From Bacillota bacterium (lineage in GTDB: Bacteria > Bacillota > Sulfobacillia > JACIYH01), in assembly GCA_030019365.1 (NCBI GenBank), contig JASEFA010000006.1, positions 56,393-120,392 on the forward strand: 64,000 bases of DNA, in the 5' to 3' direction. The notes beneath the pieces are model-generated. The model was given only the letters and a program-made list of their open reading frames with translations, searched no databases and was not told the DNA's origin. The position numbers and the translations under genes were made by a program. Numbering within the stretch: the first letter of the stretch is position 1; each line of letters begins with the position of its first letter. Of this stretch, positions 28,741 through 37,286 are shown piece by piece.

Positions 28741-29993
28741 CCCAGCACCTCCCTCGGGTCGGTGATAACCCCGCGCAGGGCAGTGGCGGCACAGGTAGCC
28801 GGAGAACCGAGATACACGGACGACCTGGGGTTGCCCATGCGGCCCTGGAAGTTGCGATTGGTGGTGGACAGGCACACCTCGTCGTCACCCAGGATGCCCA
28901 GGTGCACGCCGGCGCAGGGCCCGCAGCCGGGTGGAGATATGGCGGCCCCGGCCTCCACCAGGTCGGACAGCACCCCGAAGCGCATGGCCTCCGTGTACAC
29001 CCGCCGGGAGGCGGGCATCACCAGCAGGCGCACCCCCGCGGCCACCTTCCTCCCCCGCAGGATGGCAGCCGCCGCGCGCAGATCCTCCAGGCGCCCGTTG
29101 GTGCACGAGCCGATGAACACCTGGTGCACGGGGGTGCGGGCCACCTCACTCACCGGGGCCACATTGTCTACCCGGTGGGGCTTCGCCACCACGGGCGCGA
29201 GCCGGGCGGCGTCCACCTCCACGCGCCGGGCATACACCGCATCGGGATCCGGCTCCAGTTCTCGCCAGGCCGCCTGCCGCCCCATGGCGGCCAGATACTC
29301 CCGGGTGACGCCATCGGAGGCCACCAGGCCCGTCTTGGCACCGGCCTCCACCGCCATGTTGCACAGCGTGAGCCGTCCGGACATATCCAGGGCCGCGATG
29401 GCGGGACCCCCGAACTCCAGGGCCTGATAGGTGGCGCCATCGGCCCCCAGGTGGCTGATGAGCCAGAGGATGAGGTCTTTGGCATAAACCCCGGGGGAAA
29501 ATGCACCTCTCACCTCCACCCGCACGCTCTCGGGGACACGGAACCAGCTTTCCCCCAGGCCCATGGCCACGGCCACGTCGGTGGAGCCCATGCCGGTGGC
29601 AAAGACGGCCAGGGCCCCGGCCGTGCAGGTATGGGAATCCGCCCCCACCACCACCTGCCCGGGGCCTGCGCACTCCTCCACCACCACCTGGTGGCAGATG
29701 CCGGAGCCGCAATCGTACAGCCCGCATCCCGCCCGCCGCGCAAAATCCCGCAAAAAGACGTGGTCGTTGGACAGCTCCTTGCGCGGGCTGGGCAGCCCGT
29801 GGTCCAGGAACACCAGGGTCCGGTCGGGTTGCCGCGGGCCGGCCAGACCCATCGCCCCCAGCTGCCGCACGGCCAGAGGGCCGGTGCCATCGTGCATGAG
29901 GACCACGTCCACGGGCACCACGCCGAATTCCCCCGCCCGCAGGGATCGCCCTACCTTCTCCGACAGGATCTTCTCCGCCAGCGTCTGACCCAA
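28737..29993 (-). CDS. aconitase-superfamily dehydratase large subunit (LeuC/HacA type)
   Basis: 418 aa. GICHQ, GADSHTCTAG, and Fe-S ligands in IGSCTNGR and GCGPC. TTG start after GGGAGG. Confidence 0.9.
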   Translation of the reverse strand: MGQTLAEKILSEKVGRSLRAGEFGVVPVDVVLMHDGTGPLAVRQLGAMGLAGPRQPDRTLVFLDHGLPSPRKELSNDHVFLRDFARRAGCGLYDCGSGICHQVVVEECAGPGQVVVGADSHTCTAGALAVFATGMGSTDVAVAMGLGESWFRVPESVRVEVRGAFSPGVYAKDLILWLISHLGADGATYQALEFGGPAIAALDMSGRLTLCNMAVEAGAKTGLVASDGVTREYLAAMGRQAAWRELEPDPDAVYARRVEVDAARLAPVVAKPHRVDNVAPVSEVARTPVHQVFIGSCTNGRLEDLRAAAAILRGRKVAAGVRLLVMPASRRVYTEAMRFGVLSDLVEAGAAISPPGCGPCAGVHLGILGDDEVCLSTTNRNFQGRMGNPRSSVYLGSPATCAATALRGVITDPREVLG

Positions 29994-30039
29994 CCTGCCA
30001 ACCTCCCCCCAGCCACGGGCACACGGTGAGTGAGTACGA

Positions 30040-30726
30040 CTACTCCTGGGCTTCCGATCCCTGGTTGCTGACGGCCTGCTTCATCACCAGCCACGCGTTC
30101 CAGATGTGCCGGCGCATGGCTGCCTCCGCCTGATCGGGATCGCGGAGGCGTATGCACTTCAAGATCTCGGCGTGCTCGCCCACCAACTCCACCGCCCGTC
30201 CGGGCGTGGCAATGGTGCGGGCGCGGTAACGGTTGATGTGGTCGCGCATGGTCTCCAGGTGGCCGGTGGCGAACTTCAACCCGCTGGCCCTCTGGATGGC
30301 GGTGTGGAATTCCAGGCCTTCCACGTCCACCTCCTCAAAGCGGCTCTTGCGTGCTGACCGCTCGGTGGCCGCCAGAGTCCGCGCCATGCGGTCCACCTCC
30401 TCCGGGCCGGCCCGCAGGGCGGCGTACCTGGCCGCCAGCCCCTCCAGCGCCGCCCGGATGGCAAACACCTCCTCTATCTCGTCCCGGCTCAGGCCCACGA
30501 CCTCCACCACCCCGGTGGCCAGCCGCCGCACAAACCCCTCCCGCTCCAGGAGTTGCAGGGCCTCACGCAGAGGGGTACGGCTCACCCCCAGCTGGTCGGC
30601 CAGCTGGCTGGCCACCAGCCTGGTCCCTACCGAGATCTCGCCCCGCACGATGGCCCTGCGCAGCAGGCGGTAGACCTCGTCCCGCCGGCTGCTCAGTTCC
30701 ACCCGGGGCAGAACAGGCACGTCCAT
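30040..30726 (-). CDS. GntR/FadR-family transcriptional regulator
   Basis: Winged HTH (LVASQLADQLGVSRTPLREALQLLEREGFV) plus an FCD domain. ATG at 30726 follows GAGGTGG. The ORF-track start at 30897 is too far upstream. Confidence 0.85.
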   Translation of the reverse strand: MDVPVLPRVELSSRRDEVYRLLRRAIVRGEISVGTRLVASQLADQLGVSRTPLREALQLLEREGFVRRLATGVVEVVGLSRDEIEEVFAIRAALEGLAARYAALRAGPEEVDRMARTLAATERSARKSRFEEVDVEGLEFHTAIQRASGLKFATGHLETMRDHINRYRARTIATPGRAVELVGEHAEILKCIRLRDPDQAEAAMRRHIWNAWLVMKQAVSNQGSEAQE

Positions 30727-30893
30727 CCTGACCACCTCGCAACGAGTCATAACCCTGGTCATGGTCACGGTGTCCGGCAGATGCTGCATGAAACGTGCTG
30801 CATCCGGTATGCAGCATTCGCTGCCCCGGTGAGAATTCCTTCTTCCGGGCCCGATATTCACCAAAGGTCCCTCCGGGGCCACCGCCGAGGGCC

Positions 30894-32723
30894 TCATTCG
30901 GTGATGTGGAGGAGCCAGAACACCGTGCGGGCGTCCCAGCCCAGGTCCCAGGGGACGTGGTAACGGTCCCCGGTGTGGCTGTTTACCAGGGGGTAGCCAG
31001 CGGGGTCGTGGCCCACCACCAGCGAGACATGGCGGATTTCCCCGCCCTGCTCGTAGGCGATCACATCCCCTGGCTGCAGGCGGTAGACGGCACCCGCCGG
31101 CGCCATCCCCACCTCCGGGTAGCGGCCCCGGCCCACCAGCGCGGCGCGGCCGCTGTCGAGCAGGTAATACACCAGGTCTTCCGCCCGCACCCAGGCGCGG
31201 GTTCCCTTGCCGCCCGAGTATCGCCAGGTGTGGTCGGTGGAAAGGCCACCGGCATCGGGGTCACTCAGGATCTGGGAGACGAAGCTGGCGCAATCGCCCC
31301 CCAGGTAGCTGTAGTCCCGGTAGTTGCGGTTGTAATGCGAGTCCGGCCCGGCGGCCGGGCCGCAGTACCGGTCCGCATAACGGACGGCTGCCTCCCGGCG
31401 GTACTTTCCCCCCGCGGACGCCTGGTCCGTAGGCCGGCCGCCACCGTGCATCTGCCCGCCAGGCTGCGGCTGCCCGCCAGCCTGTGGCTGGGGGGTGGCC
31501 GGGGGCGGGGCGCGGGGTGCCCCTCCCTCGGCCACCACGGGGGACTCGTGCAGGGGATCGGAGAACCAGTCCCTGACCACCAGCCACTTGCCGTCACGCC
31601 GGGCGAACTGCATGACGTGCCAGGCTCCCACTCCGAAGGAACTGCTGGCGCCGGGGCTGCGACTGTGACGGCAGGTGATGCGCTCGGTGACACCCATCTC
31701 CAGCCAGGCCCGGGCCTGCTCTACCTCGGCCCGGGCCACCCGCACGTGCACCTGCACTCTCTCGATGCCCACCTGCCGGGCGGCTGCCCAGGCGGAGAGG
31801 TGAGCGATGCGGGTGCCGTCGTGCTCGCGCGACCAGCGACCCACCTCGCGGTCCTCATCGTAGAAGGCTTCCACGGGGGTGGGATCTCCTACCAACAGCC
31901 CGGCGGCACGGGCATGGTAGAGGGCCCAAACCGTGTGAACCAGGTCGGCCGGTGCGGCCAGGCCGGGGACCACCACCACCTCGCAGCTGGCCGCCTCTGC
32001 CGGCCCCCCCGCCTGAATGCCCAGGCTGGCCGCCATGGCCACCCCCAGCAACCCCAAGCCCAGACTGACCGGGCCGGGCCAACGACGGGCTGGACGTGCG
32101 GACGACGAAATCGACCCCGGCGCCGGGCCGGACGCCGCACCCCCGTGATCGCCCCGGTCCGCGCGCATGCGCTCCAGCACTGCGGCGCGCCCGCGACCGG
32201 GGGCGCGCAGGATCCAGCCCCAGGTGAGGGCGAGCCAGGCCGCCCCCAGCGCCCAGCCCCCCAGCACATCGCTGGGATAGTGGACTCCCAGGTACACCCG
32301 GCTGAGCCCAATCCCCACCGCAACCAGCAGCAAGGGGACCCGGAGCCACCGCCATCGGGGCGCGAGCCGGCCCACCAGCAAAACCAGGTACCCGTACAGG
32401 ACGAAGCTCACGAAGGAATGGCCGCTGGGAAAGCTGTACCCGCCCGCCGAGACCAGGTGGGGCAGTTCGGGCCGGGGACGGTGCACGAGCACCTTCAGGA
32501 CCGTCTCGAACAGCCACCCCAGCCCCACCGTGCCGGCCAGCCCTCCCGCGCAGGTGCGGTATCCCCGGTCGAGGAGCCAGGCCGTCGTCAGACACACCTG
32601 AGCGATTACGGCCGGGGCGGAACCCAAAGCCGTCAGAAAGAGCATGAGCGGGAACGCCCCCGCGGGGACCAGGCTCCCCACCAGGGCAAAGCCCCGCGCA
32701 TCCACCACCTGCCACCAGGCCAA
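30894..32723 (-). CDS. fusion protein: PAP2 phosphatase (membrane) + central domain + putative NlpC/P60-like amidase domain
   Basis: PAP2 motifs KVLVHRPRP / PSGHS / SRVYLGVHYPSD at the N-terminus. The C-terminus (YNRNYRDYSYLGGDCASFVSQ ... HVSLVVG ... NSHT) resembles the 'putative amidase domain' family. Confidence 0.8.
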   Translation of the reverse strand: MAWWQVVDARGFALVGSLVPAGAFPLMLFLTALGSAPAVIAQVCLTTAWLLDRGYRTCAGGLAGTVGLGWLFETVLKVLVHRPRPELPHLVSAGGYSFPSGHSFVSFVLYGYLVLLVGRLAPRWRWLRVPLLLVAVGIGLSRVYLGVHYPSDVLGGWALGAAWLALTWGWILRAPGRGRAAVLERMRADRGDHGGAASGPAPGSISSSARPARRWPGPVSLGLGLLGVAMAASLGIQAGGPAEAASCEVVVVPGLAAPADLVHTVWALYHARAAGLLVGDPTPVEAFYDEDREVGRWSREHDGTRIAHLSAWAAARQVGIERVQVHVRVARAEVEQARAWLEMGVTERITCRHSRSPGASSSFGVGAWHVMQFARRDGKWLVVRDWFSDPLHESPVVAEGGAPRAPPPATPQPQAGGQPQPGGQMHGGGRPTDQASAGGKYRREAAVRYADRYCGPAAGPDSHYNRNYRDYSYLGGDCASFVSQILSDPDAGGLSTDHTWRYSGGKGTRAWVRAEDLVYYLLDSGRAALVGRGRYPEVGMAPAGAVYRLQPGDVIAYEQGGEIRHVSLVVGHDPAGYPLVNSHTGDRYHVPWDLGWDARTVFWLLHITE

Positions 32724-32869
32724 CGCCGCCCTTCACCCGTCCGCCCGGCCCATCCCTAGATTATGAGCAGCGCAGGCACCCATCTCCACGTACGCCCAGC
32801 GACCGGCGCCGAGGATCGCCGCCTCGCGACCGCACCAAGGGCGAGGGCACCAACGCCACCGCTCCCCGG

Positions 32870-33886
32870 TCAGCGGAAGAGGACTTCGGCCACCCGCTCC
32901 AGCATCCCGAGGCCCTGCACTTCGGTTTCGAAGAGAGGTATGACGGCCCGCACGTCGGGGAACAGCTCCCTGATCTGCCCCAGGTACTCCTGCTGCATCA
33001 TCACCCGGTTGAGCACGAACTCCGACGTGCTGGCGGAGAGGACTCCGGGATCGATGACGCCGTTGACCACCACGCCCCCCACCGGGATGCCGAAGTCGTG
33101 GAACCAGCCGATGAAGCGCCTGATCACCGCGATGGGCAGGGCCTCCGGCAGGGTGACGAAGTAGAAGGCCGTACGGGAAGCGTCGGTGAGCAGGCGGTTG
33201 GCCTGGCCGATGCGACCCCGGAAGGAGACCAGGTAGTCCATGAGGGGGTCCTTTTCCTGCCGCTTGCGGAAGGAGAGGGCCAGCCGCATGGCCTGGGCCT
33301 CCTTGCGGCTCTCCATCATCTTCTCCACCCAGAGGGAGTAAACTTTGGACATGCCCAGCAACCGGCGGGCGTTGGCGGTGGGGGCGGTGTCGAAGACGTA
33401 GACCTCGTACTTGTCCTCGAACATGATGTTGATCATGTTCTCGAACATGGCCGACTCCTCGAAGGAGGGGTTCATGGTGGCGGTCTCCACGAAGGCATCC
33501 GACTCGGTGGGAATGTCCGCGTACTTGAGGAACCAGCGGATCTTCTCCCGGATCTCGTCCTTGGAACGCTTGATGGTGTCGGCGGTATCGATCTCGTACG
33601 CGTAAAACCCCGGCACCCCCGCCACCTGGCGCTCGGCCCCGAACACGTTCTGGCCCAGCAGGGCGGAAAGGCTGTGCACGGGGTTGGTGGAGGCGAGCAG
33701 GGTCTTACGGCCCTGGCGGGCATACCAGAGGGCGGCAGCTCCCGCCATGACCGTCTTGCCCACCCCACCCTTACCACCGAAGAACACATACTTCAGGTCG
33801 GGGTGCCCCCGGGTAAATGCCACCAGGCTCTCCCTGACGAGTTCCTCTGCTGGAATGAACGAAACCTGTGCTGCTGCTGTGTTCAC
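32870..33886 (-). CDS. ArsA/Get3-family ATPase (half-size, cysteine-free)
   Basis: P-loop FFGGKGGVGKTV and signature VFDTAPTANARRLL. GTG at 33886 overlaps the upstream stop (GTGA); the ORF-track start is 33895. Confidence 0.85.
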   Translation of the reverse strand: MNTAAAQVSFIPAEELVRESLVAFTRGHPDLKYVFFGGKGGVGKTVMAGAAALWYARQGRKTLLASTNPVHSLSALLGQNVFGAERQVAGVPGFYAYEIDTADTIKRSKDEIREKIRWFLKYADIPTESDAFVETATMNPSFEESAMFENMINIMFEDKYEVYVFDTAPTANARRLLGMSKVYSLWVEKMMESRKEAQAMRLALSFRKRQEKDPLMDYLVSFRGRIGQANRLLTDASRTAFYFVTLPEALPIAVIRRFIGWFHDFGIPVGGVVVNGVIDPGVLSASTSEFVLNRVMMQQEYLGQIRELFPDVRAVIPLFETEVQGLGMLERVAEVLFR

Positions 33887-34875
33887 TCCAGACACCCCCC
33901 CGAGTTGCCGAACAGGACGCCGGCCATCTTGTCGATCATGATCATGCCCCGGATGTCCCTCTCCATCTCCGGCACCTGGGCCAGGATGCGCCCGGCGAAC
34001 TCCCGGTGGATGCGATCCATGTTGCCCCTCTGCATCAGGATGCGGTTGCGCAGGTACTCGGGGATGTCCTGCTCCAGCAGGGCGGGCGGCACCACCCGGT
34101 TGACCACATAACCTCGGATGGGCACCTCATACTTGCTGAACAGTCCGGCCGCCTTGATGGTGTCCTCGATGACCATCTCCTCCGGCGTCACTACGAAGAA
34201 AAACGCCGTACGCTGGGGATCGGTCAGGATGGAGGACGACTTGTTGATGCGGTCGCGGATGTAGATGAGCTCGTTCAGGATGCGGTCCTCTTCGGTCTCC
34301 TTCTCCCGGCGGATGGTGGCCACCACGGCATCGTACTTGCGCATCTCCTCCCGCAGCCCGGTGATCCTGGTGATCCAGGCGTCATACACCGAAGCCATGC
34401 TCAGGTAGTAGAGGGCGTGGCCCAGGGGCACCAGGTCGTAGATGTAGTAGTCGTAGCCCCCCTTGACCACGATGTCCACCACCTGGTCGAAGATGGCGCT
34501 CTCCTCCATGGCCGGCTCTGCCGACGCGGCCCGGATGTAGTTTTCGATCTCGTCCGGGATCTGGTCCATGCCATACATATCCCGGATCTTCTGGCGCACC
34601 TCTTCCTGGTACTCGGCGATGCGCCGGTCGGCGTCGATCTCGCAGGCGTAGAGGTTGGGTCCGATCTCCACCTCGCCCCTGCCGAAGATGTCCCGTTCGA
34701 AAATGTCCGAGAGGGAAGCCTGGGGGTCCACCGAGAACACCAGCACCCGATAGCCGCGCTCCGCCAGCCAGTGAGCGGCGGCAGCCGAAAAGGTGGTCTT
34801 GCCCAGGCCGCCCTTGCCCCCGAACATGATGTAGCGGATGTCGGGGTTGTCCCGGAAAAACTGGGCCAGCGACAA
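33883..34875 (-). CDS. ArsA/Get3-family ATPase (half-size, degenerate DTAP signature)
   Basis: P-loop MFGGKGGLGKTT. The signature position reads IYDLVPLGHALYYL instead of DTAPTGHTLRLL. TTG start after AAGGGAGG. Confidence 0.85.
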   Translation of the reverse strand: MSLAQFFRDNPDIRYIMFGGKGGLGKTTFSAAAAHWLAERGYRVLVFSVDPQASLSDIFERDIFGRGEVEIGPNLYACEIDADRRIAEYQEEVRQKIRDMYGMDQIPDEIENYIRAASAEPAMEESAIFDQVVDIVVKGGYDYYIYDLVPLGHALYYLSMASVYDAWITRITGLREEMRKYDAVVATIRREKETEEDRILNELIYIRDRINKSSSILTDPQRTAFFFVVTPEEMVIEDTIKAAGLFSKYEVPIRGYVVNRVVPPALLEQDIPEYLRNRILMQRGNMDRIHREFAGRILAQVPEMERDIRGMIMIDKMAGVLFGNSGGCLE

Positions 34876-34935
34876 CGCCTAGCAACCTCCCTTTCGATCC
34901 CGATTCAGCAGCGGTGGGATCCCGTCCCGGCCGCA

Positions 34936-35304
34936 TCAGTAGATGGCGTCGGTGAGGTCCTTCTCCCTCAACATGCGCCGCTTCCAGGTGGCAACCTGGG
35001 GCACCACGTAGGGCAGCAGGCGGAGGGAGTAATAGGGGGGCAGGATGGGAACCCCCAGGAGATCCCCCATGGTGATGAGGATGAAAAGGTGCTCCATGCT
35101 GGAGCGCGTCTTGAGGGCGAAGCGGGCCATGTCGTGGGCGGCCATGCCGTAGATGAACTCCTTGACCGCGGACCCCACCGTCTCGCGGGGGGCCTGCTCC
35201 CCGCCGCCGGCCTTCCCGGCCGCAGCATCAGGTTGGCTCCCCTCCGATCCAGCCTGGCCCGGGCCGGCCGCCCCCGGGCCCGCACCTCGTTTCCAGAAGC
35301 GCAT
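34936..35304 (-). CDS. hypothetical 122-aa protein (disordered N-terminus, C-terminal hydrophobic segment)
   Basis: ATG at 35304 is preceded by AAAGGGGA at 6 nt, and codon-3 GC is high. The core is VKEFIYGMAAHDMARFALKTRSSMEHLFILITMGDLLGVPILPPYYSLRLLPYVVPQVATWKRRMLREKDLTDAIY. I do not recognise a family. Confidence 0.55.
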   Translation of the reverse strand: MRFWKRGAGPGAAGPGQAGSEGSQPDAAAGKAGGGEQAPRETVGSAVKEFIYGMAAHDMARFALKTRSSMEHLFILITMGDLLGVPILPPYYSLRLLPYVVPQVATWKRRMLREKDLTDAIY

Positions 35305-35401
35305 GGATTATCCCCTTTCCCGGAGGCGGGACCGGGGGTTGCCCTCCGGCGGCCCCACACCGATCGACCGCGGGGGCACCCCCGGCTCCCGCCCACGAAG
35401 A

Positions 35402-37108
35402 CTAGTCGGCGGTGCTGGCGGTCTGCCCCGCCTGCGCCCCGGCTGCGGCAGGACGGCTGGTGAAGAACACGCGCAGGCCATCCACCACCAGCACCAGGGC
35501 CGCCAGCACCAGCAGGAAGGCGATCACGCCCGAGATGTAGTTACCGCCCACCGCCACAGCCACGGTCTGCCCCGCCGGAGGCTTGATCTTCCCCGCCAGG
35601 AGCAAAGCCGGGGCCTTGAACAGCTTGATCCCCGTCATGAGCAGGGCGACGACCGTGGTTATGAACATGAAGAGCATAGGCCAGAAAGTGAAGTGCCAGT
35701 TGCGCCCCGACTGCTTCAGCCAGATGGAGACCAGCATGAGGGCCAGGGCGGCCATGAGCTGGTTGGAGCCGCCGAACAGGGTCCAGATATACTGCCACGT
35801 CCCGGTGGCGATCAGGGCCCAGCAGATGATGGCAACCAGGGCCGCGGTCACGTACATGTTGCGCATCACGGGGACATAGTCGCCCAGCAGCTCCGTGGTG
35901 GAGAGGCGCGCCACCCGCAGGACCAGCTGCATGACGGTGATGGCCAGGATCACGTACATGGCGCCGGCAAATGCCTTGCCGAACTCCGGGGAGATGCCCA
36001 GGAAGCTGAGCAGGCCCGACATGCCGGTGGCGAAGATGAAGGCGGGACCCTTGCCCAGGGCCTCCTTGTAGCCGGCGAAGCTGGCGAAGGTGGCGGCGGC
36101 GATAATGATGGACAGGACGGCCAGCACCATCTCCGAGATCATGGACCCGGCCCCCACGTAGCGGGCATCGATTTCCTTCTCCAGCTGGCGGGCGCTGCCC
36201 GAGCTGGACACCAGGCTGTGCCATCCCGAGATGGCACCACAGGCCACGGTGACGAACAGAAGCGGCCAGATGGACCCCAGAGGGATGGTCCACTGGGTGA
36301 ACGCCGGGATCGTGAAGCTGGGATGCCCCACCAGGACGCCGATGCCGGCCCCGATCATCCCCAGGAACACCAGGTAGAACGAGATGTAGTTGATGGGCTG
36401 GCCATACAGCCAGATGGGCAGCACCGCACCGGCGTACGAGAATGCCAGCGCGAACAGAACCCAGGCCACGGGCGATGCCTTGACGGGAAGGCTGGTGCCC
36501 AGCCAGATGGCCAGCAGGGCCAGCACCACCATGCCCAGCGTGGTGTACAGGATGTCGGCATGCTTGCGGTAGATCAGGTAGCCGGCCCCCAACCCGACGA
36601 TCACCAGGGCCACGATGGCCACCGGCACGGAGGGCACGGCCGCCATCATGTCGCCCACGATCTTCCCGAAGGCTGCCACGATGAGGATCAGGTAGAAGAA
36701 AATGAAGGCCAGGAGGGTGATGCGGCCCCGGGGAGAAATGAGGCGGTAGCTCAGGGCGCCGAAAGTCTGCCCCTCGTTGCGCACCCCGATCATGACGCTG
36801 GTGTAGTCCTGGACCCAACCGATGAGCATGGTCCCGAAGATCACCCAGAGGAAGGCAGGTAACCATCCCCATTGCATGGCTATGATGGGACCGGTGACCG
36901 GGCCCAGGGCGGCGATGGATTTGAACTGGTAACCGAAGAGGACGTGCCTGCTGGTGGGCATGAAGTCGACCCCGTCCATGTAAAGCCGGGCCGGGGTAGC
37001 CTTGCGGGGGTCAGCCTGGATGATGCGCTGGTCGACGTAGCGAGCGTAGACGTAGTACGTGAACAGACCTGCCGCCAGGGACAGAATGAGCGCAAGCGCA
37101 CTGTTCAC
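35402..37108 (-). CDS. cstA: carbon starvation protein A family transporter (peptide/pyruvate)
   Basis: 568 aa. DFMPTSRHVLFGYQFKSIAALGPVTGPIIAMQWGWLP is the CstA N-terminal signature. Polytopic membrane protein. Confidence 0.95.
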   Translation of the reverse strand: MNSALALILSLAAGLFTYYVYARYVDQRIIQADPRKATPARLYMDGVDFMPTSRHVLFGYQFKSIAALGPVTGPIIAMQWGWLPAFLWVIFGTMLIGWVQDYTSVMIGVRNEGQTFGALSYRLISPRGRITLLAFIFFYLILIVAAFGKIVGDMMAAVPSVPVAIVALVIVGLGAGYLIYRKHADILYTTLGMVVLALLAIWLGTSLPVKASPVAWVLFALAFSYAGAVLPIWLYGQPINYISFYLVFLGMIGAGIGVLVGHPSFTIPAFTQWTIPLGSIWPLLFVTVACGAISGWHSLVSSSGSARQLEKEIDARYVGAGSMISEMVLAVLSIIIAAATFASFAGYKEALGKGPAFIFATGMSGLLSFLGISPEFGKAFAGAMYVILAITVMQLVLRVARLSTTELLGDYVPVMRNMYVTAALVAIICWALIATGTWQYIWTLFGGSNQLMAALALMLVSIWLKQSGRNWHFTFWPMLFMFITTVVALLMTGIKLFKAPALLLAGKIKPPAGQTVAVAVGGNYISGVIAFLLVLAALVLVVDGLRVFFTSRPAAAGAQAGQTASTAD

Positions 37109-37191
37109 CGTTTACCCGCTCCTTTCTACTGATTTCCGGCTGCCCAACCTGCTTTCTTCACTCCTGCTGTTCATTACCACCCCCCGTCCAG

Positions 37192-37220
37192 AGTTTACAG
37201 TACAGTCATACTCCTCTCAA
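37192..37220 (-). promoter_or_regulatory. putative cstA promoter
   Basis: Minus strand TTGAGA-N17-TAAACT. Two direct TCATTC repeats (plus-strand GAATGA at 37229 and 37253) lie just upstream. Confidence 0.4.
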
Positions 37221-37286
37221 GGGCAAGGGAATGAGCAACACAGGGCGGGCACGAATGACACGGGAACGAACCTGAACGCTGCCTGC

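Noticed and set aside
32870-34875. Annotating the two ArsA-family genes as an arsenite pump ATPase (arsenic resistance).
   Set aside because: The metalloid-binding cysteines look absent and each gene is only half-size. One signature motif is degenerate. No arsR, arsB, acr3, arsC or arsD is present in the window.
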